DNA of 64,000 bases, taken from Octopus bimaculoides (lineage: Eukaryota). Position 1 is the stretch's first letter. Each line of letters starts with the position of its first letter. The stretch lies in NCBI RefSeq assembly GCF_001194135.2, contig NC_068983.1, positions 131,555,714 to 131,619,713 of the forward strand, in the 5' to 3' direction. Below, piece after piece: positions 12,351-25,527 of this stretch. Under the pieces are notes generated by a model. That model saw nothing but the letters and a program-made list of their open reading frames with translations, ran no database searches and had not been told where the DNA came from. A program made the position numbers and the translations under genes.

Positions 12351-14895
12351 TTACAACATGAATATAATATTGCAATTTATGGCAGTAGAAGCGGCGGATT
12401 CAGTAGTGAGTCGAATTGGAAACTATACGCTTCTGTGTTCATAGATATTTTGGTGACATTTACGATATGATATATTGACCATATTGTGGAGGTTTATCAT
12501 TTTTATTGGCAGTATCACATCCCCGATGATCATGTCTTTGGCACTGCATGACATTGGAATTACATTTATATTATCACCCCTCTTAAGTCTTCCTTCTTTC
12601 TACAGTTAAGCCTATGCAGGAAAAAAAAATGATCTTAAATGTTTGACTACTCAACTAATTTAATACTGAAGAACGAACCGCTGCCCGAACGTTTGAAATG
12701 TGAATATAACAGCTTCTTTAAATCTTGTCCTGCAGTGTTATAAAGAGTAAATGTTTTATTTCTAGGATAATGTACTTAAGATACCTTGAACAAAGCTAGG
12801 ATGATTACAGGTTGAATGCTTTTAACAGTGGTCTGCTCTACCAGGGCTGACCTAGTAGATAAGCAACTATAACAATAATAATAGTAACAAGGCAGCAGCT
12901 TTGATGAGTCGATAGAGTGTCGGATAGAGTGCACGTACTATTTACTCCGACACTCTGTGCCTTGAGTTCACATCTTGCTGAGGTCAATTTTGCATTTCAT
13001 CCTTTCAGGGTCGATAAAAAGTACCAATTCAGGTGGGTAGATTGACGGAAATGTCATTGTGGTATTTCTCCCAGATTTATGCATTCTGACTTCATATTCT
13101 CCCATGGGCTACTTGAGTGATAGAATGAATCACTCGTCCGGTTTACCAACACTATCTGGTACTTTATATGTTTTTTGTAAATTTCAGTCTGTTATAAGCA
13201 TTTCGGCCAGATCTCTGGTTTATGTATTTCTCTCCCCCCCCCCAAGTCCCTAGGGTATTGTAAATGGTAGTGAAAATACCTTTACCTTGACTAAATGATA
13301 GATGAAAAAATAAATGAATAAACAACTTACAGTTTATTTTCTAGCACGGCCACAAAATTAGAGTTGAAGCCAATAGAATAATTATATCTGACTTCACTTA
13401 ATTTCAAATATTTAAAATTCAGCAACAGATTGATTGATATTTAAAAGGTGCACAAGACGCTAAAGTATTCCCGATAAACATAAAGAGAGAAGTTTCTATA
13501 AAAAAAAAATCGCATTTTTACACTTAGCTTTAAATAACAAATNNNNNNNNNNNNNNNNNNNNNNNNNNNNNNNNNNNNNNNNNNNNNNNNNNNNNNNNNN
13601 NNNNNNNNNNNNNNNNNNNNNNNNNNNNNNNNNNNNNNNNNNNNNNNNNNNNNNNNNNNNNNNNNNNNNNNNNNNNNNNNNNNNNNNNNNNNNNNNNNNN
13701 NNNNNNNNNNNNNNNNNNNNNNNNNNNNNNNNNNNNNNNCAGCAACCCCGTGAAAAAGAAACAAAAAATCCTTTTTCAATTCACTTTGAACAATTCCATT
13801 AACGAAAGCAAATCTTCATTTTCATTTCACGATTCTTTGATCGGTTGAGCTGGTTGGCACCTCTCGCATGAAATGGCTTTTCACATTCTGACATAAACAA
13901 GAAAACAAGCACTTCAAAACACTTTTGTTTTCAAATATGAAATCTAATGCAGGGAAACTTCGGCGGGAAATTAACATATTATTACCAGGAATTTGACACA
14001 AGCGATCAGAAAGATTCAGTCTTTGAGAGTACACATGAGTGCTAATAATAATCACTATTTTATGATTCCCTTAGTAACTTTTCGTTTTCTTATTGTACGT
14101 TATCTAATCCTTTGTTTGCTTCACAATTTCTATTTCGTTCCCTAACTATTCTCAGTTTATACTTGACCAGTCCGACTTTCCACTTCATAATTTTCTGTTC
14201 GATCAATTTAGTACCAATAATACATTTGGGTATATTTAACGGACTACGCGTCTCCTCAGCACAACTGTCACTGCGCAAAATCAATAGAAATCAATACACT
14301 ATGGAAATGTTATTTCTAGTATTCATGCGAATTCAATTCAAAAGACAATATAGTCTTAACTTCATATTGATTTCATGGGTTGTGACAACCTGAGGCTTGT
14401 ATATATGATCTGAGAATTATTGAATGAAATCAATCTGTCAGTCTATGATAATGTGATGAGGTTTTATTTGACAGTGAGATATCATTATATTGACGTTAGA
14501 GATAGCGGAGCTAGTATCTAAAACGCCATTGGATACTACTTAGTCTCTGTGAAACAATGACGTTGCCTCTACGTGGTAGTGCAAAATGTTAGAAATAGCA
14601 GCCAAGTTTCTTTTATGACACATCTTACTGTCTTAAAGAAGGCAATATTCACTGGATAGTCCTAGAAAGTCGTGCCTAAAAGAGGTTAGAGGTCATGGGT
14701 AGAATACTTTTGATTAAAGTAATACTTGATTAGAAATGGTCATGGGATAAGCGAGCAAAACAACTTAATCTCGTTTTACTGCTTATGTTCCACCATGATT
14801 TTTGGTGAAGGCTATGAGTAGTGAATGGTAGGATTTGTAGTATAGTGTACAAAATTAAATGTGTGATGGATAGTAGAATGTGTTGTACAGTGTAA

Positions 14896-15256
14896 AGATA
14901 TTTATGAGTAGTGGAGAGGGAAATCGATATAGTGATGTAAAAAAATAGTAGATGCTATTTGTTTATACCTCTGTGTTCTGTGTTCAAATCCCACCGAGGT
15001 CGACTTTGCCTTTCATCCTTTTGGGGTCAATAGATCAAGTACCAGTTGCGTACTAAGGTCGATGTAATCGACTTAATCCCTTTGACTGTCCTTGTTTGTC
15101 TCCTCTATGTTTAGCCCCTTGTGGGCAATAAAGAAATAGATATCTATGAGTAGTGGAGAGGGAAATCGATATAGTGATGTGAAAAATAGTATATGCTATT
15201 TGTTTATACCTCTTTATGTTTTGTGTTCAAATCCCGCCGTGGTCGATGAAATAAAT
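14896..15256 (+). mobile_element. Tandem family-C SINE variant with a replaced 5' segment
   Basis: A direct repeat of about 110 bp (14896-15005 and 15138-15247) leads into gttcaaatcc...ggtcga. The first unit has a full body and a tail ending aataaagaaata. Confidence 0.65.
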
Positions 15257-15673
15257 ATAATTCAATCGCTGCAATTATTTTTATTTACCACACTTCTATT
15301 TCAAAAGTTATGTTTTACCATAGTTTCTTTTCGGATCTATTGAGTGTTAGCTGGAAATCGTTTTTGCAGAACCCACCATTAAGCTTCGATTCCCTGCAGC
15401 AGCCGATAAGATTCACCCACACTGATCTCTTTTGGTGAAAAAATATACATATGCACCACATCTAGTTTTCTCTTATAAAATGGTTAAAACATATGTATGT
15501 ATGTATAAGCTGTAATTTTTTGTATAATTATATATTGTTAATATAACAATACATAAAAACGGGCTAGAGTTGAAGTGCTCAGCATGAGCTAGAATTCACA
15601 TTATAGTAAGAATGGATACATAAGGGTGGAAGACCACAGGAACAATACCGTATATCCAACGCAAGATTTAATA

Positions 15674-15705
<32 letters not shown>

Positions 15706-16355
15706 CAATTCATTCTAGAATCAATAAATATATAGTTTTAAGTCTCTAAAATGTCTAAAAAGTAAGGTGCGTATGTATGTATGTATGTATGTATGTGCGT
15801 GCGTATTCGTATGTGTAAAATAACTTACTTGTCGGTGAAGCTGTTTCTCAGGATAGTAGAGACAACCATTATTTGATTTTAATTTTTGATTATATACAAG
15901 TCGTTTACATCACTTTCTAAGATAGATATGAATGTTATGCACACAACCATTTTCCCTTCCGTACGCGTTTGTTGAGTTGTATCTAATATAATCTAATATT
16001 ATGGCATTGGGTGCTGAATGACATAAAACAGAAATAAGCTCCGAGCAATCAGAATCAGCGACTCTTTAATTTCCTTCGCTTCAGTGATACCTACCCTTGA
16101 GAAACAGGTTCATTGTATTTAATTCCTCCAACTTATTAGCTAGTCTAATAAGGTTATTTTTGCTAATTCAAAGAAATGAAAGAAACATATCTTTAGATGC
16201 TTTCGTGCTGTTGAGTGTTGAAATGAACCGAAACTTATTTTGATTGAACTCACTACGGTTCCAGCTTTATAACTACCTCTCTAGACATTCTTGGTTAAAA
16301 GCTAGAAGTGGTGCTTGTTAAAATTAATTGATTAGTATAGAAATATTGAATTACA

Positions 16356-16386
<31 letters not shown>

Positions 16387-16406
16387 CTTTGTTTTCAATT
16401 TTGTAG

Positions 16407-16591
16407 ATTCTTGAAAAACTGTCAGATGAAATGGATATCCTCTATTACATGGTACCTGGTGTGATACCCAAATTGATTAAAGACCGAGACTTCATTATTG
16501 TACGACGGTGCACTAAGCAGGGAGGAATGTACTTTCAAGCATCTTGTGGCGCCAAGCACAGCAGTAAACCTCAACAGAAGAAAATAATACG
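16407..16591 (+). CDS. Internal exon of a StAR/STARD3-like START-domain lipid-transfer protein (phase 0 to phase 2)
   Basis: Acceptor ttttgtag|ATT and donor CG|gtaagc. The 185 nt are stop-free: ILEKLSDEMDILYYMVPGVIPKLIKDRDFIIVRRCTKQGGMYFQASCGAKHSSKPQQKKII(R). This carries the START motif RDF-x-x-VR and a C-terminal P-x-Q-K-x-x-I-R segment as in StAR/STARD3. Length and phases match human STAR exon 5 as I recall it (c.466-650). Confidence 0.88.
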
Positions 16592-17399
16592 GTAAGCATA
16601 AAAATAGAACATCATTAAATTTGCATAGATAGTAGTTTAAAGATAAATTGTTAATATATAAAGAATTTAAAACTTCAACGTTTTGTTTGGGATTTGTATC
16701 GTTATTTGAAAGCCACCAATACATTCTAGAAATGAAGTGAACATTTTACAAACAACAGAACAATAAAAACCATCACCTTTTTGCTTTGGAGTTTATGACA
16801 GTTATAACTCGGTGAACAAGGTTTCCCACTAGTAATCTTGACATAAGGTGGTATGAAAAATTACTTCCAGTTCTCATTACTAAGACATCCATCAATTCCG
16901 CTCTTCTTTATGACTTCATCTATGTCTGTTGATTGATTGGTTGGTTAATTAGTTGTTATTTAACCCTAGTCGGTGCATTTTGATCAGACCTTCCATCACG
17001 TACATACCAGCTATAGTCATTCCACCCTTTCGTTTTCATAACATTGTTTAATATATAATCTTTTTTCGGACGATAGGATGTTTGTGGGAAATGTGTCCGC
17101 TATGTTTAACAACTCAGGGGACTACATAGAATCTTCTTTCTTGGTTTTGCAAGTAACATCATAATGCGGCTAATCACAGCTTTTCTGACTAATTGAAAAT
17201 GTGTTTTTCTTAGGAGACAGAGTACTTTATTTAACATTTCTCCCTTCACCCAGTTGTTAGGAATAGATTTTTTATATTCTAAGATATTCCCGCTAATTTT
17301 TTTTTTGCTACATGTAAAACAAAACATCACTATTTATAATTCCCATGTGTTGACGAAAGATTTACGTTCTTGTTTTTCTGTCAGTTTGTTTATGTCTTT

Positions 17400-17660
17400 T
17401 TTTTGCGCCCTTTTTTAAAGCCTAGCCAATCTTATGGGCCCGGTTTCCCGGTTTCAATGGCGTATGTGTTCCCCAGCTGGACGGGACGCCAGTCCATCGC
17501 AGAGTTACTCATTTTCTCATTTTTGCCAGCTGAGTGGACTGGAGCAATGTGAAATGGAGTGTTTTGCCCAAGAACACAACGCGTCAACCGATCCAGGAAT
17601 CGAAACCACAATCTTACGATCAGGATGCTGACACCCTAACCACTAAGCCATGCGCCTCCA
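17400..17660 (-). mobile_element. tRNA/CORE-type SINE (family A-like head, alternative tail)
   Basis: Head ggaggcgcatggcttagtggttagggtgtcag...ttcgattcctgg, then tgtgttcttgggcaaaacactccatttcacattgctccagtccactcagctgg. Confidence 0.75.
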
Positions 17661-17677
17661 CAGTTTGTTTATGTGCG

Positions 17678-17709
<32 letters not shown>

Positions 17710-17899
17710 CGTACACGTTTATGCATGCATACGATATCCTTCTATACTTATCTAAACTCCCAAAGAATCACATGTGCGTGAAGTTCGTAGCTTCTTATAC
17801 CGTACTACTGTGAGTATGCAGTTCTGTTGATCGAACAATTAAAGCACTCTGTATTCTTCTATAGTTTGGTATCTGTGTTAGAATACCAATTGTTAATGT

Positions 17900-18640
17900 A
17901 TATTTTATACTACCCATTTCTTCTATAATGCATTGTTTGTTGACGTGAATATAAACACTCTTCTAAGAGGGATTATACCACTGACATCTTATAGTTGTGT
18001 GGGCATTCCCTGTCTCATTTTAGGTGTATGCGTTTGTTTGATCCCTAGTAGGTATACCAGTCTGATGTATGTATTTTTTGTTTTTGGTATTTTGGTCTGT
18101 ATGTTTATGTCTAAAAACGAGCACTCATTTGTATTATTCTGGATAAGTTTTAGTACGGTGTTATTTTCTAAGTCTTCCATCATTTTATATATCATTTACA
18201 TATCTGGTATGTATTATGTGCTTATGTTTTGATAATATTCTTTCCTCCATTGTTTTGTTGATAAACAGAATGCTGTAGACGTAGGTCCTAAGGAGGGATT
18301 CCATAGCCACTCCATCTGAATTTTGTATCAATTATCATGTGAATAGTGAAAATACACTTCAGTTGCTCACGTCATAAATAAATTATTTTTAATTAGACTA
18401 CTGGTATCGCAAGTGGCTTTATTCGTGAATAATTATATGCGTTCTCTGTTATGATTTCTATAGTTTCTACCACTGGGACGTCTGTGAATAAACTTTCAAC
18501 ATCCAATGTAAACACAGTTGCTATTCTACTTATTTCTTCTAAAATCTGTAGAAATTCCTCAGTTGATTTAAAAATATATTTCATTGGTATGTAGTTTTGC
18601 GATTGAATGTATAGGCGCACTATTTAGGACATTATGAGAG
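17900..18640 (-). mobile_element. Decayed Penelope-like element reverse transcriptase
   Basis: Motifs occur in order across frameshifts: TLDVESLFTDVPVVETIEII (18393-18620 ORF), DGVAMES/LGPT (about 18280-18320), TRYVNDI (about 18190-18214) and NECSFLDINI. Confidence 0.8.
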
Positions 18641-18844
18641 AGATGTTTTGTCTGTGTTTTGTTTACTGTACCATATATTTGTCCAGTTTGTAAAAATTAA
18701 CACGATCCTATTTTTGCATTTATTACGGTAATTAATTTGCTTATTATAATTTTTTTTTACTTTTAGCTGTTTGGTCTTCTCTTACTTGATCATAGGGAAT
18801 TTGACTTTGTTTCTGAGTAGATTATTGATTTTGTATTGTGTTCG

Positions 18845-18944
18845 TCTCGCTTTCTCTCTTTCTCTCTTTCTCTCTTTCTCTCTTTCTCCCGCTCATGTAT
18901 GTATGTATGTATGTATGTATGTATGTATGTATGTGTATGTGTGC

Positions 18945-19001
<57 letters not shown>

Positions 19002-19005
19002 TGAG
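18845..19005. repeat. Compound microsatellite (CT)n-(TATG)n-(TG)n
   Basis: Directly visible. Confidence 0.95.
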
Positions 19006-20369
19006 TGTGTACATATACACACGGTCACATACACACAAAGTGTAAGAAAGCGCAGGAAAATGAAGCCCGGAATCATTGCAATTGGCATCACTCAATTATC
19101 ACTAAACCTGGCCTCTCCGAAATCAAAAGTGATAGAAACGATTAAAAATGCACCACCAACAACCTCATTATCAATCAACACTTTCTTGCTATCTTTTTAT
19201 CCCGCCTGTTTGATACGATGTTGGCCTTCTCAGTTATGAACGCCATCTACATATAGGAATTATTCAATTAGGATAAAATGAACTTCTCGAACAGCTGACA
19301 AATACGATAATTAAAAAGTCACTCGCCAGCTAGTATGCGCTGGTTGCATACACAAACTTTCACCAATTTCGACACCTATGTAGCCACGTGGTGATATAGA
19401 GTGCTTTTGCAAGTTTACTGAGAGTCCAGTAATATTGTTAGCATTGTTTTAATGTATTCATTGGTACTTTTTATCATTGTTATCAATATTAACGCCTCAA
19501 TTTTGGGTGTCATGTATCTAAAATTGAGGCAAATAAACTGTTATTTAATGCCAATTGCCCCTTACGTGGTTGAAATTTGAACAATGTTCTCAGTTATGGA
19601 GACGATTATAGAAGCCTTTGTGGCTAGGATAAGCTGAAAAGACGGGATAACAAACGCTATAGTATTAGAAAAGTTGAAAATATCAAAACACGCTTTTTCG
19701 AGAATAAAGTTCTGAAAGTTGTCATATTTCGGGCATAAAATGCGCCACGGTTCACTGTCCGAGACCATCGTTACAAGAAGTGTTTAGGGGTATAGAGCAA
19801 GAGGCTGTCAAATACGTTTTTAATGTGACGACAACAAGGAATAAAATGGAAACAAGAGCCTGCCCGTACCACAGGACAAAGGACTTGGCTAATCGACACG
19901 TAAACACAGAGAAGGCATCTGGCTGATGATGATAAAGTCCGTTACATCCGCTCCTGTACTTGACTAGTAATTTATTTTATCAACAGCGAAGGGTTGAAAG
20001 TCGAAGTTAACCACGGTGGGATTTGAACTCAGTACAGAACAATGATTGAATACCACAAAGCGTTTTATCCTACGCTTTAACGATTGTAGCAACCTACTGT
20101 TCACGCTATTATCAATATTGCATTAACTACAAATGAAAACTAACATTTAACGCAGTCATATTCATGGCTTTAGTTCTTCTATTAGTAGTGTCGATTTGAC
20201 CTAACGTCTTCGTTAACATCGATCTTATGTTGCGATACTTAAGTTTTTTTTGTTTTCTTGAATTTAAAGTTGTTCTTTGTTTTATTTTTTAGTTTTTACA
20301 TTTTCACTATTCACTCTTAATACACTAACACTAATCAAACACGTTTCAACAGGAACAAGTAAGCACATG

Positions 20370-20393
20370 CATGTATGTGTGTAACTACGCATC

Positions 20394-20446
<53 letters not shown>

Positions 20447-20790
20447 TACATACATGTATACCTATACAAATATATATATATATATATATACATATAAGCA
20501 TGCATACGCACATTCATATAGACACACACGCACACACACACACACACACACACGGTGGTGCACCAGCATGACCGCAGCCACTTGGCTGAAACACATAAAT
20601 AAATAAATAAATATATATATATATATATATTCATATATATATATATACTTATATATAGTTATATAAATATATATATTTATATATGCCATGTATATATATT
20701 TATATTTATATATACATGCACATGTATATACATATATACATACATATACAAGTATACATACATATACATAAATATATATACATATACGTT

Positions 20791-20841
<51 letters not shown>

Positions 20842-20891
20842 GTATATATACACATATGCATACACNNNNNNNNNNNNNNNNNNNNNNNNNN

Positions 20892-20950
<59 letters not shown>

Positions 20951-21180
20951 CATTTATATGTATATACACATATACATACACACACTCGTACATATATATA
21001 CATATATATATAAATACATATATGTATGTGTGTATGTATGCGTATGTATGACATATAAACACATACACTAATATAGGGCTAAGATTTACGTTACATTTAT
21101 ATTTACATACAAATACACACATCCATGCATAGATACATACATACATACATACATACATACATACATACATACAGAGACAC
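20370..21180. repeat. Long (TA)n/(CA)n/(TACA)n microsatellite region with a gap at 20866-20891
   Basis: Directly visible. It accounts for the IYIY/THTH ORFs. Confidence 0.95.
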
Positions 21181-21518
21181 ATAATGACTCGCTCGACCAC
21201 TCGGCCTTTTAATTAAAACACTTTTCCTTATTTGCGGGTAACAATTTGAAAAGAAGGATTAATGCATGAGTGCATTTGTGTGTATGTATATGCACATGTA
21301 TATGTAAGTGTATTCATACTTTTGCATGAAATATATACACAACACATCAGTAAACATACACAGTATCGATTTGGTCAGCAGAAAGTCTGGTTAAATATGC
21401 AAACACATTGAACGTGCACACATCTACATACCCACACATACATGCAAGAACATAGACATAAATATACACATACATGCAGAGCAGATATATATATATATAT
21501 ATGTATATATAAATATAT

Positions 21519-22144
21519 NNNNNNNNNNNNNNNNNNNNNNNNNNNNNNNNNNNNNNNNNNNNNNNNNNNNNNNNNNNNNNNNNNNNNNNNNNNNNNNNNN
21601 NNNNNNNNNNNNNNNNNNNNNNNNNNNNNNNNNNNNNNNNNNNNNNNNNNNNNNNNNNNNNNNNNNNNNNNNNNNNNNNNNNNNNNNNNNNNNNNNNNNN
21701 NNNNNNNNNNNNNNNNNNNNNNNNNNNNNNNNNNNNNNNNNNNNNNNNNNNNNNNNNNNNNNNNNNNNNNNNNNNNNNNNNNNNNNNNNNNNNNNNNNNN
21801 NNNNNNNNNNNNNNNNNNNNNNNNNNNNNNNNNNNNNNNNNNNNNNNNNNNNNNNNNNNNNNNNNNNNNNNNNNNNNNNNNNNNNNNNNNNNNNNNNNNN
21901 NNNNNNNNNNNNNNNNNNNNNNNNNNNNNNNNNNNNNNNNNNNNNNNNNNNNNNNNNNNNNNNNNNNNNNNNNNNNNNNNNNNNNNNNNNNNNNNNNNNN
22001 NNNNNNNNNNNNNNNNNNNNNNNNNNNNNNNNNNNNNNNNNNNNNNNNNNNNNNNNNNNNNNNNNNNNNNNNNNNNNNNNNNNNNNNNNNNNNNNNNNNN
22101 NNNNNNNNNNNNNNNNNNNNNNNNNNNNNNNNNNNNNNNNNNNN
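21519..22144. other. Assembly gap (largest of 13 N-runs)
   Basis: Other gaps: 1387-1474, 13543-13739, 20866-20891, 23449-23837, 24926-25343, 26605-26614, 33767-33776, 41446-41620, 43993-44440, 53622-54055, 58814-58898, 60902-61288. Most are flanked by microsatellites. Confidence 1.
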
Positions 22145-22567
22145 ATATATATACATATATATATATATACATATATATATTCACACAGATGCTTATACTG
22201 ACACAACAGGAATTTCAAGCGTACAATAGTTATGCTTCAAACAAATCATGTTCAATTGTTAATACTTTTACTTTAACACAACGGTTTTGTACTATCCATG
22301 AATTAATATATTCGGACATAGCATGGCAATGTGAAACGCCCACTATTATCACCACATACTGTATATATCTACGTAAGAGACACATTAACTCACGCATATA
22401 CATTCGATACTAGATGTTTTTTCAGTACATGACTATATTAATTAAATATTTATCAATATGTACTGAAATAGATTTTGTATATATTTTGTCATATTATTGC
22501 ACTAGGCTATGAAAGATAGTATAATAATTGGTCATGTAGACTTGCATATATATTATAATGGTTCAAA

Positions 22568-22735
22568 ATTTTAGGACAAGGTCAGAGAGGGTGGGGTATT
22601 AAATCGATTACATCGACCCCAGTTTTCAGATGGTGCTTAGTTTGTTGACCCCGGCGGAATTTCAACCCAGAATGCGAAGCCGGAAGAAACACCACTAAGC
22701 ATTTTGTCCGGAGTGCTAATGATTTCGTCAACTCG
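22568..22735 (-). mobile_element. SINE family C
   Basis: gtcgattacatcgacccc...ggcggaatttcaacccagaatg...gtgctaatgattt. Confidence 0.65.
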
Positions 22736-23015
22736 TATACCTACAATTATCTATCTATCTATCTATCGATCGATCGATCGTTCGATCTGAGTGTATATAT
22801 TATATACCATATACATACACACACACACACACGCACACGCACACACACACACTCACACACACACGCACGCACACACATATATATAGATAGATGCACCTAA
22901 ATTTTAAAAAACTCGTAAATGTTTAAAATGCATTCATTTACATATATACAAACTAGTTTCAACAGTATTTTTTGTTTATCAATGGTAAAAGTTTAAAATT
23001 AGAAAAACATCTTTA

Positions 23016-23120
23016 AAAGTTTCAATATTGACAAATCAGAATGTTTCAATGTTGACATACTAAAATGCTTCAATGTTGACAAATTAAAATGTTTCAATGT
23101 TGATAAATTAACATGTTCAA
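23016..23120. repeat. 24-bp minisatellite, about 4 copies
   Basis: Unit approximately AATGTTTCAATGTTGACAAATTAA. Confidence 0.85.
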
Positions 23121-23404
23121 AATAGAAGGTGTAAGTTTGAATGTTCATAGCAGTCAATAAAATTAAAACTGTATATTAGTTTGTTTTAATGTACAAAGCT
23201 GATTAATTTTAGTGGTGGTCGACAAGTCATATTGTAAAAAAAAACTGTTACTCAGAGTTTCACGTTCCTGTTCGTCGGTCAGTTGTTACCAAGATAGTTG
23301 ATCATAATTGCCCGATCTGAATACTATCTTTTCCTACCTTGTTTCACATTTATGTGCTTACTCGGGTATAATTATATATATGTACACACACACACACACA
23401 TACA

Positions 23405-23448
<44 letters not shown>

Positions 23449-25343
23449 NNNNNNNNNNNNNNNNNNNNNNNNNNNNNNNNNNNNNNNNNNNNNNNNNNNN
23501 NNNNNNNNNNNNNNNNNNNNNNNNNNNNNNNNNNNNNNNNNNNNNNNNNNNNNNNNNNNNNNNNNNNNNNNNNNNNNNNNNNNNNNNNNNNNNNNNNNNN
23601 NNNNNNNNNNNNNNNNNNNNNNNNNNNNNNNNNNNNNNNNNNNNNNNNNNNNNNNNNNNNNNNNNNNNNNNNNNNNNNNNNNNNNNNNNNNNNNNNNNNN
23701 NNNNNNNNNNNNNNNNNNNNNNNNNNNNNNNNNNNNNNNNNNNNNNNNNNNNNNNNNNNNNNNNNNNNNNNNNNNNNNNNNNNNNNNNNNNNNNNNNNNN
23801 NNNNNNNNNNNNNNNNNNNNNNNNNNNNNNNNNNNNNTGTGTGTGTGTGTGTGTGTGTGTGTGTAATGTATGTATGTGTGTGGTGTGTGTGTGTATAAAG
23901 TTATCCACACAAATTTTTTGTCGTACACATACTTGTAATATATGTAGATGTTTTGTGCTGTGTGTGTGTGTCTGCACACCTACGTTTTCAAGCAGTATTC
24001 ACACAATTTCTTTTTACCAGATAGTAGTCAAATCAAGGCAATGACAAAATACAATTGCTTCTGGTGTAGTGCGGTGATCAAAACCTTGATTACGAAATTA
24101 CGAAGCACCCTTCTTAACGACACGACCATGTTAACAGACCAAACTACAACACTACAGCTTCTCTGTCTTTCTCATTCTCAACTGAGTTGTATATAGCTTA
24201 GTCATTATATTATTATTATTAATTCTGCACAACAATTAATCGTAACGAACTCTCATGTCAAATCTCCAGTTGAGTTATTTGTGCCGAGGCTGTGCTCCAA
24301 TAGAGCCTTTGAGACTGGTGTTTTCTATAACAAATATTTCTCTAAAGACGTGCATTAATACATTTGCCAATATCATTTACTTAGTTCCTTTATTGAACTG
24401 TGGCCTTGGTGGAGAAGTGTCTTTAAACTTTTTAGTCGAAGAAATCGACTCAGTGCTCATTTTAATGTCTGGTACTTATTTTATAATTTTTTTTTGCCGA
24501 ACCGCTGATTTACGGAGAGGTAACAAAATCAACACCGATTGTGAAGTAGTAGGGAGGGGCACAAGTACAATACAAAATCCAAGGGCTCATTCACATAGAT
24601 ACACTCACATACATGTATGCATTTATACATACAGTAATACCTAGATATATAAGTTAATTTGTTCGCGGATACAGCTTGTAAAGCAAAAACTCGTAAAGCA
24701 GAGCAATACTTTCGATAGTAGCAATGTTATAAATTATAATTCGTTCCCAGTAAAATATTTTACCTATAAAATTTATAATACTCGTAAATAAATGGCAATT
24801 AAACAACAGTAGAATGTAAAGAATACTTTATGTAAAGTAAAAAGCATGTTAAGGTCATTTATAAAAAAAAAAAAATATTATTAAATTACCTTAACATGCT
24901 TTTTACTTTACATAAAGTAAAAAGCNNNNNNNNNNNNNNNNNNNNNNNNNNNNNNNNNNNNNNNNNNNNNNNNNNNNNNNNNNNNNNNNNNNNNNNNNNN
25001 NNNNNNNNNNNNNNNNNNNNNNNNNNNNNNNNNNNNNNNNNNNNNNNNNNNNNNNNNNNNNNNNNNNNNNNNNNNNNNNNNNNNNNNNNNNNNNNNNNNN
25101 NNNNNNNNNNNNNNNNNNNNNNNNNNNNNNNNNNNNNNNNNNNNNNNNNNNNNNNNNNNNNNNNNNNNNNNNNNNNNNNNNNNNNNNNNNNNNNNNNNNN
25201 NNNNNNNNNNNNNNNNNNNNNNNNNNNNNNNNNNNNNNNNNNNNNNNNNNNNNNNNNNNNNNNNNNNNNNNNNNNNNNNNNNNNNNNNNNNNNNNNNNNN
25301 NNNNNNNNNNNNNNNNNNNNNNNNNNNNNNNNNNNNNNNNNNN

Positions 25344-25377
<34 letters not shown>

Positions 25378-25379
<2 letters not shown>

Positions 25380-25527
25380 GAGGGGCTTCTTTCAGTTTCT
25401 GCTAACGAAATCCCTCCACAAGTCTTTGGTTGTTCTGGGGCCGTAATAGAAGACACTTGTCCAAAGTGCAGCAGTGTGGGACTGAACCCAAGACAAGAAA
25501 GTTGGCAAACAAGCATCATACCTATGC
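25378..25527 (-). mobile_element. SINE family B, 5' half
   Basis: gggcttctttcagtttc...agaagacacttgtccaaagtgcagcagtgtgggactgaaccc matches 1515-1678. Similar 5' halves lie at 33815-33905 (-), 34612-34786 (+) and 59527-59680 (-). Confidence 0.65.

Noticed and set aside
19915-19960. CTGATGA hammerhead-like core
   Set aside because: No downstream GAAA or stem III can be formed.
24826-24917. Perfect 30-bp inverted repeat
   Set aside because: It sits immediately before a gap, inside a Tigger/pogo-like MITE-looking segment. It may be a contig-end fold-back artefact.
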